Shown here: piece after piece, positions 35,417 to 46,105 of the stretch
Numbering within the stretch: the first letter of the stretch is position 1
How the letters are laid out: every line of letters starts with the position of its first letter
IMG/VR virus record: IMGVR_UViG_3300014806_000004
Reading direction: 5' to 3' (one strand)
Origin: a virus
DNA length: 64,000 nt
Translations under genes and position numbers: made by a program
The notes under the pieces: model-generated
Told to the model about the DNA's origin: nothing
Database searches by the model: none
What the model saw: the letters and a program-made list of their open reading frames with translations, nothing else

Positions 35417-36271
35417 ATGGGATATAGTATCAAAAAACATAGTCTCTATTCTTATGTTCAAATTGTAACAATTCCCTTCACAGACATTGAAAAAATTGAC
35501 TTTGCCTTATGCAATCAACCGACGGAAACTCCAGATGCTTATTATAAAAGACAGGCTACTAAACCAGATATTATTACTAATGGAGGTTTCTTTGCCATGA
35601 ATAATGGCAACACTTGCTTTAGTTATAAAGACGAAGGAACTGTTATTTAGTCTGATTTTCGTCATGGAGTTGCAATTAGCGGCAATAAAACACTTATATA
35701 TACAACATTAAAAGATTATGAAACCGCTAGAGATTTTATCGCAGCTTATCCTGCATTAATTGTAGATAGCAAAAAAGTAGTTATAACAGATGGAAAAGAA
35801 TTAGATTATAAAGCCCGCAGGACTTGTATTGGATGGAATAAAAATAATTATTATATTGTAACCGTAGATTCTCCAGGTCTTGTTTATGCTGCCCTATAGC
35901 AAATTTTTCTTGAATTGAAAGTAGAATATGCTATTAATTTAGATGGAGGCGGATCTACTAGATTACTAATAGATGGGAAAAGAAAAACTTCTCAAATTTA
36001 TGCAAGACCAGTTGATAATGTAATGTGTGTATATTTTAAGAAAGAACAAGAGGTAGTTCTTTACAGAGTTCAAGTAGGAGCATTTCTATCTAAAACCAAT
36101 GCAGAGAATATGTTAAAGGAATTGGAAGAGAAAGGATTTAGCGGGTATGTCAAGAAAGTAGGAATTTTTTATAAAGTTCAATTAGGTGCTTTCTCTGTGA
36201 AATTAAATGCAGAAAGACTAAAAGATAAATTAAAATCTGCTGGATATAGCTCTTTCATTACAAAAAAATAA
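35417..36271 (+). CDS. phosphodiester glycosidase-family domain + C-terminal SPOR domains; 2 in-frame TAG
   Basis: NLDGGGST motif; two SPOR-like repeats (YRVQVGAF..., YKVQLGAF...). Confidence 0.5.
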
Positions 36272-36273
36272 AA

Positions 36274-37683
36274 ATGACTAATGCTCAAATTATTTGGAAA
36301 TACTTTAAAGGCAAAGGTTTTAGTGATCGCGGAATTGCCGGTTTAATGGGTAATCTTTATGCCGAAAGTGGTCTTAATTCTATTAACTTATAGAACACCT
36401 ATGAAAAAAAATTAAAAATGACCGACGCAGGATATACCTCCGCAGTTGATGATGGAAGGTATAAAAACTTTGTAAAAGATGGGGCGGGATATGGATTGGC
36501 TCAATGGACATTTTGGAGCAGAAAACAAAATTTGCTTTAGTTCTGTCAAAGTCGAGGTAAATCCATTGGAGATTTAAATACTCAATTAGATTTTTTATAT
36601 TAGGAGTTAATTACAAGTTTTTCTAGTTTAGTTAAAATTTTGATTTCTGCCACTTCTGTCACAGAAGCCTCTACCGCAGTATTACTCTAGTTTGAAAGAC
36701 CTTCAGACTAGAGTTTTTCTATGCAACAAAAGAGAGCTAATTATGGTCAATAGTATTATAATAAATTTGCTAACATTTCAAATGTAATTGAAGGAGGTAA
36801 TAAAATGAAATATAGCGATAGCAATAAACCACTTCAATGTATGATGACAAATAGCACTTGCTATAAACAAACACGCACCATGCAAGTTAAAGGAATCTTA
36901 TGGCATAGTACTGGTGCAAATAATCCTAATTTAAAAAGATATGTATAGCCAAGCGATAATGATCCTAACTACACCAGTTTAATAAATAAATTAGGAAAAA
37001 ATACTAGCAAGAATGACTGGAATCATATATCTGTTCAAGCTGGATTAAACTGTTGGATTGGTAAATTGGCTGATGGAACAGTAACAACAGTATAGACAAT
37101 GCCATGGAATTATCGTCCTTGGGGATGCGGTTCTGGGTCTAAAGGTTCTTGTAATAATGGATGGATTCAGTTTGAAATTTGCGAAGATGGATTAAATGAT
37201 GCAAATTATTTTAACAAAATTTATGAAGAGGCTTGTCAAATTACTGCTTATTTATGTAAAATGTATAACATAAATCCATTGGGAACCACTACTTTAAATG
37301 GTATCACCGTTCCGACTATTTTATGTCATGCTGATAGTCACAAGCTAGGATTAGGATCTAATCATGCAGATGTAAACCATTGGTTTCCAAAATTTGGGAA
37401 AAGCATGGAAACCGCAAGAACAGATGTTTATAATTTAATGTCAAATATCTAGGAGGATGATGAAGATATGACTGACGAGAAATTCGCTGAACTTATGAAT
37501 ATTTGGCTTACTAATAAAGCTAATGAAAAAGAAACTTGGGGCACCGATAATCTTGAATGGGCTAAAGCGAATGGGATTATGGCTGGAGACAGTGCTGGAA
37601 GAATGATGCCAAATAAATTCTGTACTAGATTAGAAACTGTAACTATGTTAAGAAGATTGGCTGAAAAGCTGGGTTTAAAATGA
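36274..37683 (+). CDS. multi-domain endolysin: phage-tail-lysozyme-like domain + N-acetylmuramoyl-L-alanine amidase + SLH-like wall-binding motif; 9 in-frame TAG, TGA stop
   Basis: GLMGNLYAES...GYGLAQWT lysozyme block; ...LLQFERPSDQS.SMQQKRANYGQQYY (Q = TAG); amidase block ILCHADSHKLGLGSNHADVNHWF; C-terminal W..ANGIM.G...GRMMPN..CTR.E.V.ML.RLAE; strong internal SD GAAGGAGG before in-frame ATG 36805. Confidence 0.5.
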
Positions 37684-38015
37684 AAAAATTAGAATTTTCC
37701 AAAAAACTTATAAATGATATTCGTATGTTATTATGGGTCGTGACTGTGTCAGGTATCCTTTTGGCATTTATGTGTGTTTATATGGGATATTTAGGAACCC
37801 TTCCATGGATTAGTGCTCTTGTTGGTCTACCATGGAGCGCCCACGGAGTAGTTTGTTCTTTTTATTTAGCAATGGCTAAATCAGATCACAAAAAGGGCGG
37901 CATTACTTATGACCTAGCTTTAAAAGAAACTGAATTCAATTCTGCATATAACATCCCCGCAGAAGATTTTTCAGCCTCTAATGATATTCCCATTGATCTC
38001 GATGGTCCTATTTAA
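37680..38015 (+). CDS. holin-like membrane protein (no TAG)
   Basis: ATGA overlap with endolysin stop; two predicted TM helices; small size. Confidence 0.45.
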   Translation: MKKLEFSKKLINDIRMLLWVVTVSGILLAFMCVYMGYLGTLPWISALVGLPWSAHGVVCSFYLAMAKSDHKKGGITYDLALKETEFNSAYNIPAEDFSASNDIPIDLDGPI

Positions 38016-38017
38016 TA

Positions 38018-38055
38018 TAAAGGCTTAATGAGTTAAATACTCATTAAGCCTTTAT
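38018..38055 (+). terminator. rho-independent terminator
   Basis: AAAGGCTTAATGAGT-taaat-ACTCATTAAGCCTTT + ATTTGTTTG. Confidence 0.55.
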
Positions 38056-38141
38056 TTGTTTGTAGTTTGATTTTTCTTAAAATATATGATATTATATATT
38101 AAGAAAATAAAAAGAATAAAAATAAAGGAGCATTTGTATTT

Positions 38142-38606
38142 ATGACTATATATACTGATGGTTCTTGCTTAGGAAATCCCGGCCCAGGAGGTTTTGGGGT
38201 TATAGTAGTTGATGATAATGGTATCGTTATAGCTGCTTATGCAGAGCGTGAACCTAAAACTACTAATAATAGGATGGAAATGTCTGCTATAATTTATGCT
38301 CTTGAAAACTATGGAGCTAAAGATGGAGATTTCTTTGCCCCTATTGTTTATAGCGATTCCGCTTATTGTGTAAATAGTTTTACTTCATGGATTAAAGGAT
38401 GGAAAGCTAATGGTTGGACAAGAGCTGGAGGTAAAAAGCTAGAAAATCTTGATTTAATTAAGACCTATGATATGTTAAGCAAAGACTATAGAATTGATTT
38501 AAGAAAAATCAAAGGTCATGACGGAGAGCTTTATAATGAACTAGCTGATGCATTAGCTACTGGAAGAATGACCTCAGAAGAAATTTTAAGAGAGTATGGT
38601 GAATAA
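38142..38606 (+). CDS. rnhA: ribonuclease H
   Basis: IYTDGSC...G.G, EMSAI, YSDS, HDG..N..AD catalytic DEDD pattern. Confidence 0.7.
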   Translation: MTIYTDGSCLGNPGPGGFGVIVVDDNGIVIAAYAEREPKTTNNRMEMSAIIYALENYGAKDGDFFAPIVYSDSAYCVNSFTSWIKGWKANGWTRAGGKKLENLDLIKTYDMLSKDYRIDLRKIKGHDGELYNELADALATGRMTSEEILREYGE

Positions 38607-40496
38607 ATGTCAGATAAGTTATATAATGAAAAAAGTATTGAGTCATTAAGTCCTCTAGAATTTACTCGTTTAAGACCTGGGGTATATTGCGGAGATACAT
38701 CAACTTCTACTCAATTAGTAGTAGAGATTGTATCAAACTCGGTAGATGAATTTAGATTGGGTCACGGTAATGAAATAGACGTACAAATTAATGGTGCCAG
38801 AGTGTCTGTCAGCGATCATGGTCAAGGATTTATTCCTAATTCTTTTAGAGAAGATGGGAAAACAATTTTGGAAGCCGCATTTAGTGTATTAAATACCAGT
38901 GGTAAATATAGAGAAGATGGAACTTATGAGGGAACTTCTCTTGGTAGTTTTGGTATTGGTAGCAAACTTGCAACTTATCTTAGTCATGAATTAACTGTGT
39001 GGACATATAGAGATGGAGAAGGAGAACAAGTAAGATTCAAAGAGGGCATTTTTGAATCTAGAGATTCTTGTAAGGTTGATAAAAATGTTCATGGAACTTC
39101 TGTTTTCTGGATTGCAAGTGAAGAGTTTTTTACTGATCCAAAGCCAGACGCAAAAGCATTAAACTCCTTATTTAAAACTATTGTATGTCTTTGTCCGGGG
39201 CTAACTATCAAACTAGATGATAATGGAAAAAAGACAGAGTTCTTCTCTAAGAATGGCCTTATGGATTTGTTAGATGAAGGCGTTAAGGGAAAAGAGATTC
39301 TGAAAAATCGTTTCTCAATTAATTTTTCCGAAGGTAAAAATAAGTTGGATTTAGCTCTAACTTACACAAATAACTACTCTTCTACGATTGTTCCATATGT
39401 AAATACTGGTTTAACAGAAGCAGGTCCGCATATTACGCAAATTAAAACCCTTTTAACAAGAGAATTTAATAAATTCTTCCGAGAAAAAGGGTGGCTAAAA
39501 GATAAGGATGAAAATCTCTCTGGAGATGATTGCCAAGAAGGAATGTATCTTGTTTTTAATATTACAGCACCAAATATTGGATATGATGCTCAAGTAAAAT
39601 CTCGTGTCACAAAACTAGATATGAAACCTTTTACACAAGCAATAGCAGAAGAGCTGCAATATTGGTTCACAACAAATGAAAAAGAAATTAAAAGTATCGC
39701 GGATAAAGCATTAAATGCTAGAAAAGCAAGAGAGGCAGCTCGTAAAGCAAGAGAGGCAGCAAGAGGAATAAAGACAAAGAAAGAAACCGGATTAAAGGCA
39801 AAAATGAAACTTAGTAATAAGTTTATTGATTGCGGAAATCGTAGTCCTAAAGATCGTAATCTCTTGCTTGTTGAGGGACTATCAGCAGGAGCTTCCGCAG
39901 TAGAAGCACGAAATCCTAAAACTGATTGCATTTATATGTTGCGAGGAAAGATTATCAGCCCATTAAAGACTGCTATTGATAAGCTGCTTTCTAACCAAGA
40001 AATGTCTGATATTATTAGGATCCTTGGTGGAGGTTTTGGTAAAGATTTTGATATTAGTAAATTGACCGTTGATAAAGTTGTAATCACGGCCGATGCAGAT
40101 AGTGATGGTGCAGATATTGAATTAATGCTTATTACTTTCTTCTATACATATATGCGTCCTCTTATTGAAGCTGGTAAGTTATATAGAGCTGTAACTCCAT
40201 TATATATTATTCGACAAAAAGGAAAAGAGTATTACTGTTATAGTGACAATGAACTTGAAGAGTGGAAAAAGAATCATAGCGGCAGTTATGATTTACTTAG
40301 AGCTAAGGGATTGGGAGAATTAAATCCAGAGGATCTGCAAAAAGTATGTTTTATGAATGAAAGATATAAACGCATTACTATTAGTGATGCCAAAGCTACC
40401 ACAGAATTGCTCGAAATTTTGATGGGAAGCGCAGTTGAACCCCGCAAGCAATATATCTATGATAATGCAGAAGAATTAGGATTTAATTTTGAATGA
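38607..40496 (+). CDS. type II DNA topoisomerase, ATPase/TOPRIM subunit (GyrB/ParE/gp39-like)
   Basis: GHKL ATPase region, TOPRIM LLLVEGLSAGASA..., C-terminal GyrB-like tail. Confidence 0.7.
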   Translation: MSDKLYNEKSIESLSPLEFTRLRPGVYCGDTSTSTQLVVEIVSNSVDEFRLGHGNEIDVQINGARVSVSDHGQGFIPNSFREDGKTILEAAFSVLNTSGKYREDGTYEGTSLGSFGIGSKLATYLSHELTVWTYRDGEGEQVRFKEGIFESRDSCKVDKNVHGTSVFWIASEEFFTDPKPDAKALNSLFKTIVCLCPGLTIKLDDNGKKTEFFSKNGLMDLLDEGVKGKEILKNRFSINFSEGKNKLDLALTYTNNYSSTIVPYVNTGLTEAGPHITQIKTLLTREFNKFFREKGWLKDKDENLSGDDCQEGMYLVFNITAPNIGYDAQVKSRVTKLDMKPFTQAIAEELQYWFTTNEKEIKSIADKALNARKAREAARKAREAARGIKTKKETGLKAKMKLSNKFIDCGNRSPKDRNLLLVEGLSAGASAVEARNPKTDCIYMLRGKIISPLKTAIDKLLSNQEMSDIIRILGGGFGKDFDISKLTVDKVVITADADSDGADIELMLITFFYTYMRPLIEAGKLYRAVTPLYIIRQKGKEYYCYSDNELEEWKKNHSGSYDLLRAKGLGELNPEDLQKVCFMNERYKRITISDAKATTELLEILMGSAVEPRKQYIYDNAEELGFNFE

Positions 40497-40508
40497 GGAA
40501 GTGTATAA

Positions 40509-42875
40509 ATGAGTAGTTTAATTACAGAAGTAGATATTCTTGATGAAGCAAAAAACACATTCTTAACATATGCAGAAGAGGTTTTAACTGATAGAGCCAT
40601 TCCTGCGGCGGAGGATGGGCTGTTAAGCGCGCAAAGAAAAATCATTTGGACTATGGAAGATTATTTAAAGATGAATAATAAAAGTAAAACCAAAAAGTGT
40701 AATGCTATTGTTGGTTCTACTCTAGCCACCTCTTACTTTCATGGCGATATTGCTTGCTATGGTGTTCTTCGAAAGATGGCGCAACCATTTTTAATGCGTT
40801 ATCCTCTTATTACAGGACAAGGACAATTAGGAACTCAAGAAAATAATGATATGTTTTCTTCTTCTCGTTATACAGAGGCAAAACCTTCACTATTTGCTGA
40901 TATAATGATGAATGATTACAAGAAAAATGTAGTTCCAATTAAAGAAACATATAATGGAGAATTTATGGAGCCAGTGATTTTACCAGCCCTTTTTCCAAAT
41001 GCTATTTGCAATGGAAGACAAGCCATTGGTATTTCCATGGCCCATAATAGCGCTCCACATAATTTAACAGAAGTATGTAATGCAGCAATTGCTCTAATTC
41101 AAAAAGGCTCGCTCACTATTGATGAATTACTAACCTATATTCCTGGCCCAGATTTCCCTCTTGGCGGAACTGTTCTAAATATCAAGGATGTAAAGAGCGC
41201 GTTTAAAACGGGAAAATCCACAATCTCTTTGAAAATTCAAGGCGACTATGAGATTGATGGGCAAAAAATTATCTTTACAAGTATTCCTTATAGAACCTAT
41301 CGAAATAAAATAAAAGAGCAAATAGAGAAGAATATTGAAACATTAAGTGAGATTATTGAAGATTTTGATGATGAATCAAATATCGGTAATAATAGGCTTG
41401 TATTTTATGTAAAAGATGGTGTTTCTGTATCTAAAGCATTAAATCAATTATTTGTATTAACTGACTTACAATCTTCTATTTCTTATAATATGAATTATAT
41501 TGTAAATGGAACTCCTAGACTTTGCTCAATGATAGATTTATTACAGATTTATGTCAGCCATCAGGAAGATGTATTAATTAAAGCAACTCAGTTTGATAAG
41601 GAAAAAGCTGAGGCCCGCAAACATATTCTTGAGGGATTGATCGCTGCTGTTGATAAAATTGATGAAGTTATCAAAATTATTAAAAGTGCAAATAACACTA
41701 ATGAAGCAAAGAAAGAACTAATTGCTTTCTTAGATGTAGATGATATTCAAGCTAAAGCTATTTTAGATATGAAACTTGGCAAATTAACTCGCATTGATAA
41801 ACAAGAGTTAGTTGATGAGCTAAACGAAAAAATAGAATTTATAGCTAAGTGTAATGAGTTGTTAAATAATAAAGAAGTAAGGAATAATAAGTTAATTAAA
41901 CTTATTACCGAACTTAAAGATACATATGGAGATGCTCGCCGCACAAAACTTATTAATACAGAAATCCCTAAACAAGAGAAAGAACAAGTAGTTATAGAGC
42001 CAGAAGATTGCGTTGTTATTATTTCTAGTAAAGGCACAGTAAAAAGAATTGCGAAAAAAGCCTTTAAACCTCAAAAAAGAAATACTACTGGAATGAAAAT
42101 TAATGACATTATAGCATTTTCTTCTGCTACAAATACACAAGATACTTTGATGATATTTTCATCAAAAGGAAAGATGTATAGACTGCTCGTGGATAATATT
42201 CCAGAAGGAAATAACAATTCTATTGGCGTACCCTTATCTACTTTGATTACTTTTGAAGATAATGAAACTCCTATGGCATATACTACTTTAACAAGAGATA
42301 CAAATAAGAAGTTTATATTCTTTGCTACTAAAAAAGGAATAGTCAAAAAAGTTCCTCTGGAAGAATATGACGCAATGAAGAGAACTGGAATTGTATCAAT
42401 TAAGTTAAAAGATGGTGATGAACTCGCCGCAGTAACTTTTATAAATCAAGAGGAAATGATACTTGTTACTAAAAATGGAATGATTATAAGATTTAATACT
42501 GCGGAAATGCCAATTTCTTCTAGAACCGCGCAAGGAGTAAAAGGAATGAATATATCCGATGATGATAGTATTATCGCTGCATTACCAATAAGCAATAATG
42601 CAGATTACCTTGCTATTATTTCAAAAGATGGTCTTGGAAAGAAAATTGAGTTAAAAGAGTTTAATAAACAAAACCGCGGTGGCAAAGGAGTATCATGTTA
42701 CAAAGGAACAGTTGTCGGAGCAGAATTGGTGTCTGATGATAATGATATTTTAATTTCTGGTAATAAAAGTTCTATTGTCGTTAGTGTAAAAGATTTTCCC
42801 AAGCTATCAAGAATTTCTATGGGAAATATAATGATAAAAAATAATGATAAGATTATTTCAGTAGCCAAGATTTAA
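40509..42875 (+). CDS. type II DNA topoisomerase, DNA breakage-reunion subunit (GyrA/ParC-like)
   Basis: N-terminal AIPAAEDGLLSAQRKIIWTM (cf. GyrA RALPDVRDGLKPVHRR), size and C-terminal beta-pinwheel-like repeats. Confidence 0.7.
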   Translation: MSSLITEVDILDEAKNTFLTYAEEVLTDRAIPAAEDGLLSAQRKIIWTMEDYLKMNNKSKTKKCNAIVGSTLATSYFHGDIACYGVLRKMAQPFLMRYPLITGQGQLGTQENNDMFSSSRYTEAKPSLFADIMMNDYKKNVVPIKETYNGEFMEPVILPALFPNAICNGRQAIGISMAHNSAPHNLTEVCNAAIALIQKGSLTIDELLTYIPGPDFPLGGTVLNIKDVKSAFKTGKSTISLKIQGDYEIDGQKIIFTSIPYRTYRNKIKEQIEKNIETLSEIIEDFDDESNIGNNRLVFYVKDGVSVSKALNQLFVLTDLQSSISYNMNYIVNGTPRLCSMIDLLQIYVSHQEDVLIKATQFDKEKAEARKHILEGLIAAVDKIDEVIKIIKSANNTNEAKKELIAFLDVDDIQAKAILDMKLGKLTRIDKQELVDELNEKIEFIAKCNELLNNKEVRNNKLIKLITELKDTYGDARRTKLINTEIPKQEKEQVVIEPEDCVVIISSKGTVKRIAKKAFKPQKRNTTGMKINDIIAFSSATNTQDTLMIFSSKGKMYRLLVDNIPEGNNNSIGVPLSTLITFEDNETPMAYTTLTRDTNKKFIFFATKKGIVKKVPLEEYDAMKRTGIVSIKLKDGDELAAVTFINQEEMILVTKNGMIIRFNTAEMPISSRTAQGVKGMNISDDDSIIAALPISNNADYLAIISKDGLGKKIELKEFNKQNRGGKGVSCYKGTVVGAELVSDDNDILISGNKSSIVVSVKDFPKLSRISMGNIMIKNNDKIISVAKI

Positions 42876-42912
42876 AGATAAGAGTGGTTTTACCACTCTT
42901 ATCTTTAGTTGA
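42876..42912 (+). terminator. rho-independent terminator
   Basis: AAGATAAGAGTGGT-ttt-ACCACTCTTATCTT. Confidence 0.5.
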
Positions 42913-42956
42913 TTTTTCTTTTTTATTATTATAATATATTTATATAAAGAGAAAAA

Positions 42957-43163
42957 ATGAGGTTTTATATGATTGATAAATTAAAAAATTCTACTCTTAT
43001 TAAATTCATACTAGTTGACATTCTTCTTGTCTTCGTTTTAGCTATGACAATATTTTTACCAATCATCTTATGTTTTACTGTTAGTCCTTGGTTTTTATTT
43101 TTATATGCCATTCCTATAGGAATTTACTTTGGATATAAAGAATATAAGGAGTTTGATAAATAA
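42957..43163 (+). CDS. small membrane protein
   Basis: Two hydrophobic helices. Confidence 0.4.
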   Translation: MRFYMIDKLKNSTLIKFILVDILLVFVLAMTIFLPIILCFTVSPWFLFLYAIPIGIYFGYKEYKEFDK

Positions 43164-44269
43164 TGTATCCTGAAGCTAAAATGATAGATGCTATGAAGGT
43201 GTGGAAATTACCTGCTGGTAAAGAATCTATGCTTTCTGAAATGTGCCAATCTGGAGATTATTTTCTCGAAGAAAAAATTGATGGATATTGGTATGAGTTT
43301 GAAAAGACAGATAACTACAGTTATCTATTTTCTCGTAATACAAGTACAACAACTGGATTACTCTCTGAAAAAGGTGCAAATGTGCCTCATATTATTGAAG
43401 CCTTAAATTGTATGCCATCAAATACAATTTTAATTGGCGAGATTTATTATCCTGGAGGGACATCTAAAACAGTAACAAGCATAATGGGATGCCTACCAGA
43501 TTTAGCTATCAAAAGGCAAAAAGATAATCCTATTCATTATTATATACATGATATAATTGAATATGATAATATTAATTTAGTAAATGTCGGTGCAGAAGAT
43601 AGATATAAAATCCTTGCGGCAGTATGGGAAAAACATAATTTATCACAATATAGTTTCTTGCGGCTAGCAGTAAAAGTAGACACTAATCTTGAAGAAGAAA
43701 TCTCTCGAATCTTGAAAAGTGGCGGCGAAGGCGCGGTTTTAAAGAAAAGGGATTATCCTTATACTCCTGGAAAACGTCCCGCTTGGTCTACAATTAAAAT
43801 TAAACAGATGGATTCTATTGATTTAATCTGCATAGGTTTTTGTCCTCCAACAAAAGAATATACAGGAAAAGAGATAGATACATGGGAGTATTGGGCTATT
43901 GAAAAACAAGGCGAGAATGGAGTATGGGTAGAACAAGAAAAAATAAATTCCTATAAAGCAATTAGATCTCCCGATTATAGAACAATCCCTATTAGTAGAT
44001 ACTATTTCTATGGATGGAATACAGCAATTAAAGTTGGCGCTTATGATAATCAAGGCGAACTAATAGAATTAGGTACGGTTAGTTCTGGTCTAACTGATGA
44101 CATGAAGCGCGATATGACTGAAAATCCGCAGAACTATCTTAATAAAGTTGTTTCTCTTGATTGCATGTCTATTGATAAAAAAGAACATACATTAAGACAC
44201 CCAGTATTAAAGTTGTGGAGAGAAGATAAAGACACAAAAGATTGTATTATAGATGAAATTTTCTCATAA
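43163..44269 (+). CDS. ATP-dependent DNA ligase
   Basis: Adenylation motif EEKIDGYW (KxDG), EGAVLK motif IV-like, K-rich motif V region. Confidence 0.6.
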   Translation: MYPEAKMIDAMKVWKLPAGKESMLSEMCQSGDYFLEEKIDGYWYEFEKTDNYSYLFSRNTSTTTGLLSEKGANVPHIIEALNCMPSNTILIGEIYYPGGTSKTVTSIMGCLPDLAIKRQKDNPIHYYIHDIIEYDNINLVNVGAEDRYKILAAVWEKHNLSQYSFLRLAVKVDTNLEEEISRILKSGGEGAVLKKRDYPYTPGKRPAWSTIKIKQMDSIDLICIGFCPPTKEYTGKEIDTWEYWAIEKQGENGVWVEQEKINSYKAIRSPDYRTIPISRYYFYGWNTAIKVGAYDNQGELIELGTVSSGLTDDMKRDMTENPQNYLNKVVSLDCMSIDKKEHTLRHPVLKLWREDKDTKDCIIDEIFS

Positions 44270-44367
44270 AATCTAACTTTGCTGAGATATTTACCTAAAA
44301 TTCTTGACTTAAAAAAATATTTTAGATATAATATATATGTAATTCAGGGATAAAGGATAGAAATTAT

Positions 44368-44571
44368 ATGACCCGAAAATAGATGAAAAAGCTCGCTCAA
44401 GAACTTTATAAATGTGAGCAAATTCACCAAAATGAAACTTCCTCAAAGGAAGAAAAATCCCGAGCCGATAATCGAATTATGCAGATTACCAATCAAATTA
44501 TGTCATTAAGCGACGGGATAAATATTATGCTAGAAATTGACACTATGGTTCAAGATTTAGCAACAAATTAA
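44368..44571 (+). CDS. hypothetical protein whose 5th codon is TAG
   Basis: SD AAAGGA 10 nt before ATG 44368; ORF-track start 44383 has no SD. Confidence 0.3.
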
Positions 44572-44599
44572 ATTAAAATAAATTTATTATTAAAGGAGA

Positions 44600-44875
44600 A
44601 TGTCTACTATGGCAGCTATGAAAGAAAATACTCGTAAGGTTTTAGATTATTTAAAGGAGCATAATGGTGAAAATTTAACAGCGGCAGATGTTGCTGAAGC
44701 TCTTGGACTTGAGAAGCGTCAAGTTGATGGTATTTTTACTTCTGCTTTCCAACGCAAGGGACTTGGAGAGCGCGTTCCTGATGAGGTAACTCTTGAAGAT
44801 GGTTCTCATCAGAAGGTAAAGTATCTCCATTTAACTCAAAGCGGGCTAGATCTCGACCCAGACGCTCAAGAGTAA
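44600..44875 (+). CDS. hypothetical protein
   Basis: SD AAAGGAGAA. Confidence 0.5.
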   Translation: MSTMAAMKENTRKVLDYLKEHNGENLTAADVAEALGLEKRQVDGIFTSAFQRKGLGERVPDEVTLEDGSHQKVKYLHLTQSGLDLDPDAQE

Positions 44876-44880
44876 TTTTG

Positions 44881-44913
44881 TTCGGGGAGAGTTAACCTCT
44901 CCCCGAATTTTTT
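44881..44913 (+). terminator. rho-independent terminator
   Basis: TTCGGGGAGAG-ttaac-CTCTCCCCGAA + TTTTTT. Confidence 0.6.
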
Positions 44914-44917
44914 AAAT

Positions 44918-45829
44918 ATGATTATAGGGTTATTATTAATTACTATAATCGGGTTAATAATTTATATCTATTATCTCAAGAAACAAGAGCATCAAATAAT
45001 TGAAGTTAATATAGATAATTAGAGGAAAAACTCAGAGATAGAATAGGAAATAAAACATAATAGAGAAGTATTATCTAATATAAAAGAAAATATATACTCT
45101 GAAAATGAAATTCTTTCTTCTCTAGTAAAATCTTAGGAAGAAATGCGGGAAAATGCACAAAAGCAAGCTGATGAGGCATACTAGATTCGCATTTCCGCAC
45201 TTTTAAAATCCTATGAAGAAAAAGAAAATGAGCTTACTATGACTTTTGATGCTAAAAGTCAAGATTTATCAAATAAAATTTCTATCGAATCCAGTAAATT
45301 AGCGGATTTACAAGCTAAACAACTTGCTTATATTTAGGCTCAACAAAGATAGGAAGAGATTGACTCTAATCAAGATTACTATCGTTTAGCTCTTGATGAA
45401 ATTGATATAAATGATATTACATTATTGCGTGAGTTGCAACCTAGATTTGTCAAAAAAGAAAGCATAGATAAGTTAATATGGGAAGTGTATTATAAACCAG
45501 CTTATGATATATTAACAGCTCGGTTATTCCCAAAAGCAATTAAATATTGTGGGATTTATAAGATAACTGATTTGACCACTGGGAAATCCTATATAGGATA
45601 GTCAGTTGATATAAAAGAACGTTTTAGACAACATATTAAATCTGCTTTAACTTACGGAAAAGCAACCAATAAACTATATTCTACCATGTAGAAATCTGGA
45701 GTTCATAATTTTACCTTTGAGATTTTAGAAGAAGTTTCAAGGGAAAATTTAAATGAGAGAGAAACTTATTGGATTGAGTTTTATAAAACGAAAGATTTTG
45801 GTTTAAATACTACTCGCGGAGGATCTTAA
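44918..45829 (+). CDS. GIY-YIG homing-endonuclease-like protein (N-terminal TM helix + coiled coil, C-terminal GIY-YIG); 8 in-frame TAG
   Basis: GIYKITDLTTGKSYIG-(TAG)-S...R..H...YG...N, a classic GIY-YIG core; invisible in ORF track because of TAGs. Confidence 0.55.
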
Positions 45830-46104
45830 TGTTTAGAATTATTGGTAACAGATGTACTGGAAAAACCTATCAACTAATGCAATATGCTAAAGATAATGAT
45901 GCTATTTTTGTATGTAGCAATCCACGCTCAATGAGAATTAAAGCAGAACAATATGGAATTATTGGACTAAATTGTATTAGTTATTCTGAATTTCTAAAAA
46001 GTAGAGATTTGAAGGAAAAATTCGTAATTGATGAAGTAGAGATATTATTGCGATTAATAAATCCTTGTATGGAACTTATTGGATATAATTTAAGTGAGGA
46101 ATAA
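45829..46104 (+). CDS. small protein with degenerate Walker-A (GNRCTGKT), possible fragment
   Basis: 91 aa; immediately 3' of HEG. Confidence 0.4.
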   Translation: MFRIIGNRCTGKTYQLMQYAKDNDAIFVCSNPRSMRIKAEQYGIIGLNCISYSEFLKSRDLKEKFVIDEVEILLRLINPCMELIGYNLSEE

Positions 46105-46105
46105 T

